This document shows, in pieces, positions 29,905-39,872 of a DNA stretch of 64,000 nt. A program made the translations under genes and the position numbers. How positions within the stretch are numbered: the first letter of the stretch is position 1; each line of letters opens with the position of its first letter. A model generated the notes under the pieces. That model did no database searches and was not told the origin of the DNA. It saw only the letters and a list, made by a program, of their open reading frames with translations. This stretch comes from Candidatus Multivoradales bacterium (lineage in GTDB: Bacteria > Acidobacteriota > Thermoanaerobaculia > Multivoradales > JAHEKO01): NCBI GenBank assembly GCA_965223155.1, contig CBDCVR010000015.1, positions 1,216,001 through 1,280,000 on the forward strand, in the 5' to 3' direction.

Positions 29905-31346
29905 GGCCGCCAGAACGCTCGCGTGAAGAGCGCGGCGATGGCGTAGACCTCGAGCCGGCCCAGCCACATGAGGATCACCATCAGAGCCTTGTCCCAGCCG
30001 CTGAAGAACGCGAAGTTCTGGGTGGGTCCGACCGCCGCCAGACCCGGGCCGATGTTGCCGATGGTCGCGGCCGAGGCGGTGGCGGCGGTCACGATGTCTG
30101 GCCCGCCGATACTCAAGAAGACAGCTCCCAGGGCCCAGGTGCTGAGATAGAGGATGAAAAACCCGGCGACGCTCCGGACCACGACCTCAGGCACCCGCTT
30201 GCCGCCAACGAAGATCGACAGCACGTGATTGGGGCTGAAGATGAGGCGAACCTCACGCAGGGCGGACTTGAGCCCGATGACCATGCGCATGATCTTCATC
30301 GAGCCCGAGGTGGATCCCGCGCAGCCGCCCACGAACATGAGAGCCACCAGCAGGATCCGGGACAGCACCGGCCAGGTGTCGAAGTCAGCGGTGCCGAAAC
30401 CGGTCGTGGTGAGAAGCGAGATCACCTGGAAGAGCGTGTCGATCGAAGCATCGCCCAGGTCGGTGTAGATCTGGTGCCGTGCGAGATCCCAGAAGATGAC
30501 TGCGCTCACGCCCGCGAAGATGCCGATGTAGATCCGGAACTCGGAGTCCTTGAACAGGTTCCAGCCGCGGTTGCGCAGCACCCGATAGTAGAGCGAGAAG
30601 TTGGCTCCGGCCAGGAGCATGAAGACGATGATGATGATGTGGACCACCGGTGAATCGAAAGCCGCGACCGACTGGTTCCGGGGCGAAAAACCGCCGGTCG
30701 AAAGTGTCGAAAACGTGTGGGTCAAGGCGTCGTAGAGATTCATGCCGGCGAGGGTGAGGCAGAACGTCTCGAGCCCGGTCAGGGCCAGATAGATCTTCCA
30801 CAAGATCGCTGCCGTGTCGTGGATCCGCGGCTGCAGGGCCTCGGCCGATGGCCCCGGTACCTCGAGCTTGTAGAGAAACCGTGCGCCCGGCCCCAGCTCG
30901 GGCAAGAGGGCCACGAAGAGGACGATGATGCCCATGCCGCCCAGCCACTGCGAGAAGCTGCGCCAGAAGAGAATGCCCCGGCCGGCATCCTCGATGACGG
31001 TCATCACCGAGGCTCCAGTGGTGGTGAACCCCGAAGCCGACTCGAAGAGGGCGTCGAGCGGACTGGCGAAGGTCTGGGTCAGAAGATAGGGCAGGGCGCC
31101 CAGGAGCGAAGCCAGGATCCAGCCGCCGGCTACGATCAAGATGCCTTCCCGCCGATAGGCGTCGCCGCGCCTGCCGAAGAGGATCATGAGGCCGCCGGTA
31201 GCGGCGGCGATCGCCGCCGAGATCGCGAACGCCCGCACCGCCGGCCACTCGCGGTAGAAGGCCGAACAGGCGAGCGGCAGCAGCTGGGCCAGGCCGACCA
31301 GCACGAGGAGACGGCCGAGAAAGAACGATGCGGCGCGAAAATTCAC
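29901..31346 (-). CDS. trkH: Trk potassium uptake membrane subunit
   Basis: FESASGFTTTG, WLGGMG, STGGF, TTTGF, GGCAGSTSG, GNIGPG, GRLE. Confidence 0.95.
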   Translation of the reverse strand: MNFRAASFFLGRLLVLVGLAQLLPLACSAFYREWPAVRAFAISAAIAAATGGLMILFGRRGDAYRREGILIVAGGWILASLLGALPYLLTQTFASPLDALFESASGFTTTGASVMTVIEDAGRGILFWRSFSQWLGGMGIIVLFVALLPELGPGARFLYKLEVPGPSAEALQPRIHDTAAILWKIYLALTGLETFCLTLAGMNLYDALTHTFSTLSTGGFSPRNQSVAAFDSPVVHIIIIVFMLLAGANFSLYYRVLRNRGWNLFKDSEFRIYIGIFAGVSAVIFWDLARHQIYTDLGDASIDTLFQVISLLTTTGFGTADFDTWPVLSRILLVALMFVGGCAGSTSGSMKIMRMVIGLKSALREVRLIFSPNHVLSIFVGGKRVPEVVVRSVAGFFILYLSTWALGAVFLSIGGPDIVTAATASAATIGNIGPGLAAVGPTQNFAFFSGWDKALMVILMWLGRLEVYAIAALFTRAFWRP

Positions 31347-31397
31347 TTTGGGCCGAGCTTCACGGTTCTCGCCGCCGTCCGCGCCGCTGCCGGGCCG

Positions 31398-32774
31398 TCA
31401 TCGCGTCTCCTTGCCGGGGAAGAGGAGACGCACCGTGCTCAGCTCTTCCTCACGCACGAACAGGATGACGACGTCGCCGGCGTCCAGGCGGTCCTTGCCG
31501 CGCGGGATGAAGACGCGATCGCCGCGAACCACTGCACCCACGATCAGGCCGCGCGGAGGATTGATCTCGGCGAGCGAGACGCCTACGGCCGGGCTGGCGT
31601 CGAAGAGCCGCCGTTCCAGTACCTGCACTTCGCCCCGGTGGAGCGAGACGATGTTGGCGCTGTAGCGGCTTTCGATGTAGTCGTGGATCCGCTCGGCGGC
31701 GAGAACTCGGGGCGAGAAGACATCGTCGAGTCCCAGCCGCTCCCAGAGCCTGGAGCTCTCCGCGCGCTGGACGAGGGCCATGACTTGGGGCACGTCCAGC
31801 TCTTGAGCCAGCAGGCAGGCCATCAAGTTGTCCTCGTCCTCGCCGGTCAGCGCGCAGAACGTGTGCGCCTCGCCGATGCGTTCGGCGCGCAGCAGCTGCG
31901 GGTCGGTGACGTTGCCGTGCAGCACCTCGCACTCGGGAAAGAGAACCGAGAGCTCCTGAGCGCGCTCGCGGTCACGCTCGATGAACTTGACCTTGGCGTT
32001 CAAGAGCCTCAGGCGCTCGGCGACGGTCTGCGCGGTGGCCCCGCCGCCGGCGAGGACCACTTGGCCGATCGCTTCGCGCCCGCTCGAGATCAGGCGCTCG
32101 GCCTGCGCGATGGACGCGGGCGTGCCCAGGATCAAGGCGTCGTCGCCGGCCTCGGCCTTGTCCATGCCCGAGGGGATGATGAGCTCTTTGCCGCGAAAGA
32201 ACGCCACCACCAGCGTGTCGGCCGGAAACTTGACCTCGCGCAGCGAGCGTTCGGTGAGCGGCGATGTTTCGTCCAGATGAACCTTCCTGAGCTGCACCTT
32301 GCCCTGCGCCAGATACTCGACGGCGACCGTGTTGTGTCCGCGAATGGTGTTCAATACGCGGGTGGTCGTCAGCAGCTGGGTCGATAGCAAGAGATCCACG
32401 CCGAAGAGCTCTTCGTAGAGCCGCCGGTCGGAGATCACTTCCTGGGCGACGCCGACGCGCACGATGCTGCGGTCGATGCCCATGTGCTTGGCAACCCGCG
32501 AGGCGGTGAGATTGGCCTCGTCCGACGACGACACCGCGATGAAGACGTCGGCCTCGCCGACTCGCGCCTGACTCAAGACCGGAGGGTGAGCGCCGTTGCC
32601 GCCGACCGCGAGCACGTCCAGCTCGTCTTCGAGGCGCTCCAGCTTGGCGTGCCGCTTTTCGATGACCGTGATGTCGTGGCCCTCGCCGGACAGAGTCCGC
32701 GCGAGATGGAAACCGACCTCGCCGGCGCCCATGATGACGAACTTGCGAGGACCGTTGGTTGGGCTCGAGCTCAT
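31398..32774 (-). CDS. trkA: Trk potassium uptake RCK subunit
   Basis: Two RCK_N/RCK_C repeats (IMGAGEVG; LAGGGAT), 458 aa, upstream of trkH. Confidence 0.93.
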   Translation of the reverse strand: MSSSPTNGPRKFVIMGAGEVGFHLARTLSGEGHDITVIEKRHAKLERLEDELDVLAVGGNGAHPPVLSQARVGEADVFIAVSSSDEANLTASRVAKHMGIDRSIVRVGVAQEVISDRRLYEELFGVDLLLSTQLLTTTRVLNTIRGHNTVAVEYLAQGKVQLRKVHLDETSPLTERSLREVKFPADTLVVAFFRGKELIIPSGMDKAEAGDDALILGTPASIAQAERLISSGREAIGQVVLAGGGATAQTVAERLRLLNAKVKFIERDRERAQELSVLFPECEVLHGNVTDPQLLRAERIGEAHTFCALTGEDEDNLMACLLAQELDVPQVMALVQRAESSRLWERLGLDDVFSPRVLAAERIHDYIESRYSANIVSLHRGEVQVLERRLFDASPAVGVSLAEINPPRGLIVGAVVRGDRVFIPRGKDRLDAGDVVILFVREEELSTVRLLFPGKETR

Positions 32775-32899
32775 GGGGCGATCGAGGCGGCCGAAGCCGG
32801 CGCCGAGACGGCCGATTCTATCTCCTGGCTTGCGTTCGGCCGCGTCTACCTCGATAATTTGGCGTTCGCACCCGTTTTCCTTCCGTAAAGGAGGTTCGT

Positions 32900-35329
32900 A
32901 TGAAGCGTTTCCTGTTGCTAGTTTGCGCGCTTTCCATCGTCTTGCCGGTCACCGCCTGGGCTCAGGGCGGAGGCATCGAAGGCAACGTTCTCCGAGCGGA
33001 CGGTTCCGGCGTGGGCGGTGTCGCGGTCGTGGTCAACGAGACCGGCGATGCCGAGCTGACCGGAAGCGACGGCTCGTTCGAATTTCCGGGGGTGGCCCCC
33101 GGCACATATTCTCTGAGCTTCACCCTGGGCGACAACTTCGCCTCCGAGGAAGGAGTCGAGGTAGAAGCCGGCTCGCCGACCACCGTGGAGAAGACGGTCG
33201 ACTGGCAGGTGAGCTTTGCCGAGACCATCACCGTGGTCTCAGCTTCACGCCGCGCCGAGCGCATCGTCGAAGCGCCCGCGGCGGTAAGCCTGGTCACGGA
33301 TGCCGAGATCGCGCGTGAAGCCGCGCACGCTCAGCTGCCGAAGCTCTTGGAGTTCACGCCCGGCGCGGAGGTGACCCAGAGCGGTCTCTACGACTACAAC
33401 CTGAACACCCGGGGCTTCAACAGCTCGCTCAACCGGCGCGTAGCGACCCTGGTCGATGGCCGCGATCCCTCGGTGCCGTTCCTGGGCGCCCAGGAATGGG
33501 CGGCGCTTTCGTTTCCCCTAGATGACATCGCCAGCCTCGAGATGGTGCGCGGGCCGAGCGCGGCCCTCTACGGCGCCAACGCTTCGAGCGGCATCGTCAA
33601 CTTGATCACCAAGCGCCCCAAGGACAGCCAGGGCGGCTCCCTGCGGGTTGCCGCCGGTGAGGTCTCGACAACCAACCTTGATTTTCGCTGGGCCGGTGGC
33701 CTGGGCGGCGATTGGTACGCGAAGCTTCTGGGTGGCGTCCGGCAGAGCGGCGACTTCACCGTTTCGCGGAACGGCCATGCCGAGTACTCCGTACCCTGTA
33801 CCGCCAGCGGCCAGACCGACTGTTTGCCGCAGGAAGCGGCGCCGCTCAATCCCGAAGACGACGTCGACATCAACTTCTATGGCCTCAGGCTCGACAAGCA
33901 TCTCGCCAACGGTCACCTCCTGACCTTCGAGGGCGGTAACTCCGCGGCCGAGGGCCCGATCTTCCAGACCGGCATCGGCCGCGTCCAGCTGGTCGACATC
34001 GAGCGGCCCTGGTACCGCGCCAACTACAACACCATGCACTGGAACTTCCTGTTCTACGAATCGAGCCGGGATGCCTCCCGGCAGACCGCGCTCTCGTCCG
34101 GCAGCAACGTGGTGCTCGACACCAGCCGGCAGACCTTCGAGGCGCAGACCAACTGGAGCTTCGCCCAGGACAAGGCCCGCGTGGTCGTCGGCGCCTCGTT
34201 TTCCGAGGACGACATCGACACGGCCGGAACCAACGGTCTTCAGACCCTGATCTTCCAGCCGCTCACCAACGACAAATCGGCCTTCTTCGCGCAGCTCGAT
34301 TGGAACGCCACCGACAAGCTCAAGGTGGTGCTGGCCGGGCGCACGGACGAGAACGATCTGCACGACACGCAGTTCTCGCCCAAGGCTTCGGTCGTCTATT
34401 CGATCAATCCGAATAGCACCCTGCGCCTGACCTACAACGAGGCGTTCCAGGTGCCGAACTACTCCGAGTTCTTCCTGCAAGCGAACGTGGCGCCGCCGCT
34501 GGCGCTCCAGCCCTTCGAGGCCTTCTGCACTCCGTTCGGCGTCAACTGCGGCTTCGGTGGTGGTCCAACGCGAATCATCGCCTCCGGCAACGCCGCCCTC
34601 GATCTGGAGGAGACCCAGACCACCGAGATCGGCTACAGCGGCATCCTGGGAGGCAAGGCCTACCTGACGATCGACTTCTACCAGAGCGACAACACCAACT
34701 TCATCACCGATCTCATCCCGCAGTTCACCGCCCTCGGGCGCACCAATCCGGCCTTCGGTCCGTATGCGCCGCCGGCCAACCTGCCGGCCCCCGTGGCGGC
34801 AGCTTTGGTGGCCGCCCTTCAGGGCGCGCTGGGACCGTCCTACGCGATTCTGACCAACAACTTCGATGGCGACCCGGTGCTCTTGGCGGTCTCGTACACC
34901 AACTTCGGTGACGTCGATACCCAGGGCGTGGACGTCGGGCTCAACTACTACGTCGACGACCGGTGGACGGTGTCGGCCAGCTTGTCGAACTTCGACTTCG
35001 ACGTGAACTCGAGCCAGCCGGGCTTCGAGAATCTGCTGCTGCCGAACACTCCCGAGACCAAGGGGTCCTTCGGAGTCGCCTACACGGCGCCGAAGTGGGA
35101 TCTCGCGGTCGACGCGCGCTGGGTGGACACGTTCCGCTGGGCCGTGGGTCCATTCGTGGGTGACGTCAAGTCCTACACGACGATGGATCTCAACACCAAC
35201 TACATGGTCAATGACAAGGTTCGCCTGGGACTGAGCGTCGCCAACCTGCTGGACGACGAGCACTGGGAGTCCTTCGGTGGCGACATCCTGAGCCGCCGGG
35301 CTCTGGGGAGCGTGGCGTTCAGCTGGTAG
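32900..35329 (+). CDS. TonB-dependent receptor
   Basis: Signal peptide; AAAGGAGG RBS; plug NTRGFN, LVDGR, EMVRGPSAALYGANA.SGIVNLITK; ends VAFSW. Confidence 0.93.
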   Translation: MKRFLLLVCALSIVLPVTAWAQGGGIEGNVLRADGSGVGGVAVVVNETGDAELTGSDGSFEFPGVAPGTYSLSFTLGDNFASEEGVEVEAGSPTTVEKTVDWQVSFAETITVVSASRRAERIVEAPAAVSLVTDAEIAREAAHAQLPKLLEFTPGAEVTQSGLYDYNLNTRGFNSSLNRRVATLVDGRDPSVPFLGAQEWAALSFPLDDIASLEMVRGPSAALYGANASSGIVNLITKRPKDSQGGSLRVAAGEVSTTNLDFRWAGGLGGDWYAKLLGGVRQSGDFTVSRNGHAEYSVPCTASGQTDCLPQEAAPLNPEDDVDINFYGLRLDKHLANGHLLTFEGGNSAAEGPIFQTGIGRVQLVDIERPWYRANYNTMHWNFLFYESSRDASRQTALSSGSNVVLDTSRQTFEAQTNWSFAQDKARVVVGASFSEDDIDTAGTNGLQTLIFQPLTNDKSAFFAQLDWNATDKLKVVLAGRTDENDLHDTQFSPKASVVYSINPNSTLRLTYNEAFQVPNYSEFFLQANVAPPLALQPFEAFCTPFGVNCGFGGGPTRIIASGNAALDLEETQTTEIGYSGILGGKAYLTIDFYQSDNTNFITDLIPQFTALGRTNPAFGPYAPPANLPAPVAAALVAALQGALGPSYAILTNNFDGDPVLLAVSYTNFGDVDTQGVDVGLNYYVDDRWTVSASLSNFDFDVNSSQPGFENLLLPNTPETKGSFGVAYTAPKWDLAVDARWVDTFRWAVGPFVGDVKSYTTMDLNTNYMVNDKVRLGLSVANLLDDEHWESFGGDILSRRALGSVAFSW

Positions 35330-35360
35330 GAGCGGCGGCGCCGGCGTCGGCCGGGCGAAA

Positions 35361-35390
35361 TTGACACCGAAAATGGCTGTCCAATACACT
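35361..35390 (+). promoter_or_regulatory. sigma70-type promoter of the tRNA cluster
   Basis: TTGACA-18 bp-TACACT ending 12 bp before tRNA-Pro. Confidence 0.75.
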
Positions 35391-35402
35391 GCCTAGCCCT
35401 GA

Positions 35403-35476
35403 CGGGGCGTGGCGCAGCCTGGTAGCGCACCTGCTTTGGGAGCAGGGGGTCCCGAGTTCAAATCTCGGCGCCCCGA
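35403..35476 (+). tRNA. tRNA-Pro(UGG)
   Basis: Acceptor CGGGGCG/CGCCCCG, anticodon arm CCTGC-TTTGGGA-GCAGG, TTCAAAT loop; CCA not encoded. Confidence 0.95.
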
Positions 35477-35532
35477 TGTGAGGGGACGGCGGTAGCGCGG
35501 CAAGACGTCGCGATACTTGGACTCGGGAATTG

Positions 35533-35609
35533 CTGCCTGTAGCTCAGCTGGATAGAGCAGCGGCCTTCTAAGCCGCGGGTCGGGGGTTCGAATCCCTCCA
35601 GGCAGGCCA
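35533..35609 (+). tRNA. tRNA-Arg(UCU)
   Basis: Anticodon arm GCGGC-CTTCTAA-GCCGC, GTTCGAATC, CCA end. Confidence 0.96.
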
Positions 35610-35634
35610 GAATTTCGAGCAGCTTTGACAATAT

Positions 35635-35710
35635 GGTGAGCGTAGCTCAATGGTAGAGCGCTGGATTGTGGTTCCAGTGGTTGGGGGTTCGAATCCCCTC
35701 GCTCACCCCA
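35635..35710 (+). tRNA. tRNA-His(GUG)
   Basis: G-1, anticodon arm CTGGA-TTGTGGT-TCCAG, GTTCGAATC, CCA end. Confidence 0.96.
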
Positions 35711-35720
35711 TTCAAAACGG

Positions 35721-35797
35721 GCACCCTTAGCTCAGCTGGATAGAGCGACGGCCTCCGGAGCCGTAGGTCAGAGGTTCGAATCCTCTAGGGTGCACCA
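35721..35797 (+). tRNA. tRNA-Arg(CCG)
   Basis: Anticodon arm ACGGC-CTCCGGA-GCCGT, GTTCGAATC, CCA end. Confidence 0.96.
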
Positions 35798-36009
35798 TCT
35801 TTCTTGTTCTCCTCCCGCCGCGTGCCGCGGCTTGTGGGGCGCAGGGGTTCCCTCTCGCGGCCGTGTTGGATCCGGCCCGTCGGCTAGCTGTACGCTTCAC
35901 CGAGGCTCGACGATTGGCCGGAAGCGTCCGCATCTTGTGCGTGATGCTCCGGCAGGCACTTCGACGTTGCAGCGTCTCCGTTGACTCGAACCCTACTCGC
36001 AAGTGGAGC

Positions 36010-37074
36010 CTAGAAGAGCTCGAGGAGCCGCGGCGCGATCGCCTCGAGGCCCAGAACCTCCCGGGCGGCGCCGGCCTCGAAGGCCGCCCGGGGCATGCCG
36101 TAGACCACCGAGGACGCCTGGTCCTGGGCGATCGTGTGCGCGCCGAGCCGGTGCATCTCGGCCAGGCCGCGGGCGCCGTCTCGGCCCATTCCGGTCAAGA
36201 CCACGCCGACCGCGCGCGCGCCCAGGAGCTCGGCGGCCGAGACGAAGGTGACGTCGGCAGCGGGCCGGTGGGTGGTGTCGGCGGGTTCGAGGCCGAGGCG
36301 AGCGACGAGCCGGTCGTTGGCGCGCTCGACTCGCAGATGGCGGCCGCCCGGCGCGATGTACGTAGTTCCCGCCAGCAAGGCCTCGCCGTCGGTGGCGTGG
36401 CGCACGCTCGAGGCAAGATGGTTGTTGAGTCGTTCGGCGAAGGCCGCCGTGAACTCCGGAGGCATGTGCTGGACGATCACGATCGGAACCGGCAGACCTT
36501 CGCCCAAGGCTTCCAGGAGTTGCTGGACGGCAAGCGGTCCGCCGGTCGAGGCGGCAAGCACCACCAGCTCGTAGTCCGCCTCGGCGGCCGGACCGCCTGG
36601 AGTTGGGACCGGAGTTGCAGTCGAAGCCGGGGCCGGAGCCATTTTGGGCGGCGGTGCCGGCTCGGCGTCCGCTGGGTCGCCGGTGAACAAGTGCAGGACC
36701 TTGTCGATGAAGACGCGGCTCAGTGCCTGGAAATCGACCAGCGAATAGCGTTGCTTGTCGATGAAGTCGACCGCTCCGCGGTGCAGTGCCTCGATGGTGA
36801 GCGGAGCGTCTTCACGGGCGTGAGTGGACAGGATGATGACCGGCGTAGGGCGCAGCTCCATGACGCCGTCGAGCGTGCGGAGCCCGCCGATGCCGGGCAT
36901 GGAGAGATCCAGGCTGATGACGTCCGGACGCCAGGACTCGAGCTGGTCCAGAAGCTCTTCGCCGCAGGTGGCGGTTCCGACGACCTCGAAGCGGATGTCG
37001 GACTCCAGAATCCTGACGAGCGCCTTGCGAATGAAGGCGGAGTCGTCAACGATGGCTACCTTGATCTTGGCCAC
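36010..37074 (-). CDS. cheB: chemotaxis methylesterase with receiver domain
   Basis: VDDS...LDLSMP receiver; ASTGG, QHMP, LTGMGRDG, VYGMP. Confidence 0.95.
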   Translation of the reverse strand: MAKIKVAIVDDSAFIRKALVRILESDIRFEVVGTATCGEELLDQLESWRPDVISLDLSMPGIGGLRTLDGVMELRPTPVIILSTHAREDAPLTIEALHRGAVDFIDKQRYSLVDFQALSRVFIDKVLHLFTGDPADAEPAPPPKMAPAPASTATPVPTPGGPAAEADYELVVLAASTGGPLAVQQLLEALGEGLPVPIVIVQHMPPEFTAAFAERLNNHLASSVRHATDGEALLAGTTYIAPGGRHLRVERANDRLVARLGLEPADTTHRPAADVTFVSAAELLGARAVGVVLTGMGRDGARGLAEMHRLGAHTIAQDQASSVVYGMPRAAFEAGAAREVLGLEAIAPRLLELF

Positions 37075-37078
37075 GCGG

Positions 37079-37921
37079 TCAACGTTTGCGCCGGTAGGCG
37101 ATGCAGCGCTCGAAGCGCACCGTCTCGAAGGCGGTCGAGAGACCGATGATGGACTCAGCGTGCCCCACGAATAGCAGGCCTCCAGGCCGCAAGACCGCGG
37201 CGAAGTTCGCGATCGCGCGGTGGATCGCGTCTTCGGAGAAATAGATCAACACATTCCGGCAGAAGACCACGTCGTAGCCGGTGCCGGGGTAGGTGGCTGG
37301 GTCCAGGATATTGCCGTACGAGAATCGGACCGGCGTTCGGTACCGCGAGTTGAGACTGAAAAGGTTGGACCCCGTCCTCTGAAAGTAGCGGCGGATCTGG
37401 TCCTCGTTGGTGGTCCTCAAGGCGCTCTGTCCGTACTCGCCGCCGCGCGCGATCTCGAGCCGTCTTGCGTCGATGTCGAAGGCGTCGATCTCGAAACCGG
37501 AAAGCTCTGCCGGCGGATGGGCCTCGGACGCCATGATCGCGAGCGTGAAGGGCTCTTCCCCGGACGAGCAGCCCGCGCATAGGACCCGCAGCGGCCGGCG
37601 CTCCTGGAGCCCGGCGGCAATGTCGTGCCAAGCGTCCTCGAGCAGGGCCTCGAACTGGGTGGTCTCGCGAAAGAAATAGGTCTCGTTGTTGGTCAGCAGA
37701 CGGATGAACTCGGGCGCCTCTTGTTCGAAGGCGTATTGCAGCTGGAGGTAGTAGTCCATGAAGCTGGCGAGCTGCAGGGCCTGGAGGCGAGGCCGGAGTC
37801 GCGACTCCAGGATGGTGCGCCGCTCGTTGCGAAACGAGATGCCGAAGCGGTCCGAGACGAGCTCGTCGAGGAGCCGGTGCTCCTCATCGGTCATGTTCGG
37901 TGCTTGCGGGACGGGGTTCAT
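37079..37921 (-). CDS. cheR: chemotaxis methyltransferase
   Basis: TNNETYFFRE, AGCSSGEEP, DVVFCRNVLIYF, GHAES; ATGA overlap with the HEAT gene. Confidence 0.94.
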   Translation of the reverse strand: MNPVPQAPNMTDEEHRLLDELVSDRFGISFRNERRTILESRLRPRLQALQLASFMDYYLQLQYAFEQEAPEFIRLLTNNETYFFRETTQFEALLEDAWHDIAAGLQERRPLRVLCAGCSSGEEPFTLAIMASEAHPPAELSGFEIDAFDIDARRLEIARGGEYGQSALRTTNEDQIRRYFQRTGSNLFSLNSRYRTPVRFSYGNILDPATYPGTGYDVVFCRNVLIYFSEDAIHRAIANFAAVLRPGGLLFVGHAESIIGLSTAFETVRFERCIAYRRKR

Positions 37922-39858
37922 TTCGAGCGCAGGGCTCCCAAGGCGGATTGGGCCACGAGGGCGACGGGGTCGGCGGCAAGCTCGGAGAGGACATCCAGGT
38001 TCTCCGGGCGTGAGAAGCGCGACAGGGCTTCGACCGCCGCCAGCCGGATACACCAGTCGGCGTTGCTGGCGGCCGCCCGGAAGAGTTCGTCGTCTTCCTC
38101 GGCGGCGCACTGGGCGAGAGCGCGGTAGGCAAGTCGCGCGTCGAGCTCGTTCTCGGAGGCAGCAAACGCGCGCAGAGCCTTCCGTGCCTCGGGTCCGCCG
38201 ATCCGGCCCAGGGCTTCGATGAGAAGCGGTTGAATGCCGGGCTGAGGAGTTTCACTAAAGGAGACCAGGAGCGGCACGCTGTCGGCGTCGCCGAGCTCGC
38301 CCAGAGCGCGAATGGCCTCGGGAATCGGGTGCTCCGCGACGGCCTGCCGCAGCTCGGGCAGGAGATGACGCATGCCGTTGCGCGCGGCCGCGAGCGCCGC
38401 CGGCCGCAAGATGCGCTCGGGCTCGTCGCCGAGCCATCGATCCCAGGGCAGGAGCTCCAGGATCTCGCCTTCGTCGAGGAGCTGGTCGAGCGCGCGCAAG
38501 CGCAGGTCCGCTTCCAGGGCGGCGATGCCGGCGGCGGCCTTCTCGGGATCGGTGCCAAGCAGGGTTTCCAGAACGACTCGGTCGAGGTCATTCAGGTCGG
38601 GCAGGTTCGCCGGTGCCGGATGGCGCGCAAGGTCGAGAACCGCCTGCGCGTTGGCGCGGAGGGCGGAGACCAGTTGACCGCGCTGGCCTTGATCCGTCTC
38701 CAGATAGAGGCGCAGCAGGGGACGCGCCAGCTCGGGGGCCGTCAGCAGGGATTCCCGGTGCTCGCTGATGAGGCCTAAGGTTGTATCGATGCCGGCCTGG
38801 CCCGCGAGGCTCTCGATACCTTCCGCCACGGCCTCGACGGAGGCGGCTTCGGGATAGTGCGCGCACAACAGGAAGCCCCACTGCGGAAACGGGGCCTGCA
38901 TGGTCAGGAGGGCCGGCGCCAGGTCGGGCCGACGCCTGAGACAGCTGGGCAAGATGTCGGGACTCAGATCGGTCGCGACCAGGCCCCTGAGAGCCTCCGT
39001 GTCTTCCGGGCCGGGCCCCAGGGCGAGGAGGCAGCGGGCGCTCGAGAAGCGAACTCCCTTGTAGGGGTCCCGCAGCCGGTCGGCGAGAGAGGACCGGAGC
39101 TCGTCGTTGCCTGCCGGCGGCTCGATGAGTCCCTCCAGGACGTGGGCCAGCAGACTCAGGGCGGCTTCCGGGTCTAGGGTCTCTTCGTACTCCAACCAGT
39201 GCCGGGAGAGAACCGAGTAGGCGTCCATCCCGCCGATCTGGGCGATCGCCTCGGTGGCCGACGGTCCGATCATGAGATCGGTGGTGAGTCGAGACAGAGG
39301 CTCGATGGCGTCGCTCGAGCGCAGGTCTCCCAAAGCCTGGACCGCCGCCATCTGCAGCCAGAGATCGCTCTCCAGGAACGGCAGCAAGTCCGGGATCACC
39401 CGGTGATCGCCCAGGTGGCCGATCGCCACGATGGCCGCCTGGACGATGTTCGAGTTGGGGTTCTTGAGCACGGCCCGCAGAGGTTCGAGGCCGCGGGGGT
39501 CCTTGATGTGGTCCAGGATCAGAACCGCCTGGAGCGCCACATCGGCATCCTGGTCTTTGAGCAGGCGGGAGGCGATCTCGAAGCCGCGGCTGCCCTTCTG
39601 CTTCAAGATCTCGAGGCCGGCGTTCCGGACGACGGCGTCGGCGTCGCTGCGCAGGAACTCGACCAAAGTGTCGTCGGAGAGGACGGCGACCCCGACCCGG
39701 AGCGCGCGCTCGCGGATCCCGGGCCTCGGATTGCGGATGAGCTCTTCGACCACGGCCGCGCGCTCGGTGATCGGCAGCGACGGCAGCGCTTCGAGCTGGC
39801 TCAGGCTATGAGCCCAGGAGTCCTCAGTGGATTCGACGGTGGTTGGGGTTGGGTTCAT
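37918..39858 (-). CDS. HEAT-repeat protein
   Basis: Repeated D.D..VR..A...LG units, e.g. DQDADVALQAVLILD, NSNIVQAAIVAIGHLGD, ADWCIRLAAVEAL. Confidence 0.88.
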   Translation of the reverse strand: MNPTPTTVESTEDSWAHSLSQLEALPSLPITERAAVVEELIRNPRPGIRERALRVGVAVLSDDTLVEFLRSDADAVVRNAGLEILKQKGSRGFEIASRLLKDQDADVALQAVLILDHIKDPRGLEPLRAVLKNPNSNIVQAAIVAIGHLGDHRVIPDLLPFLESDLWLQMAAVQALGDLRSSDAIEPLSRLTTDLMIGPSATEAIAQIGGMDAYSVLSRHWLEYEETLDPEAALSLLAHVLEGLIEPPAGNDELRSSLADRLRDPYKGVRFSSARCLLALGPGPEDTEALRGLVATDLSPDILPSCLRRRPDLAPALLTMQAPFPQWGFLLCAHYPEAASVEAVAEGIESLAGQAGIDTTLGLISEHRESLLTAPELARPLLRLYLETDQGQRGQLVSALRANAQAVLDLARHPAPANLPDLNDLDRVVLETLLGTDPEKAAAGIAALEADLRLRALDQLLDEGEILELLPWDRWLGDEPERILRPAALAAARNGMRHLLPELRQAVAEHPIPEAIRALGELGDADSVPLLVSFSETPQPGIQPLLIEALGRIGGPEARKALRAFAASENELDARLAYRALAQCAAEEDDELFRAAASNADWCIRLAAVEALSRFSRPENLDVLSELAADPVALVAQSALGALRSK

Positions 39859-39872
39859 GGCGGGAACGGTCC

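Noticed and set aside
32775-32899. c-di-AMP (ydaO) riboswitch expected upstream of trkA
   Set aside because: The gap is only about 125 bp, is shared with a divergent gene, and shows no ydaO-like motifs.
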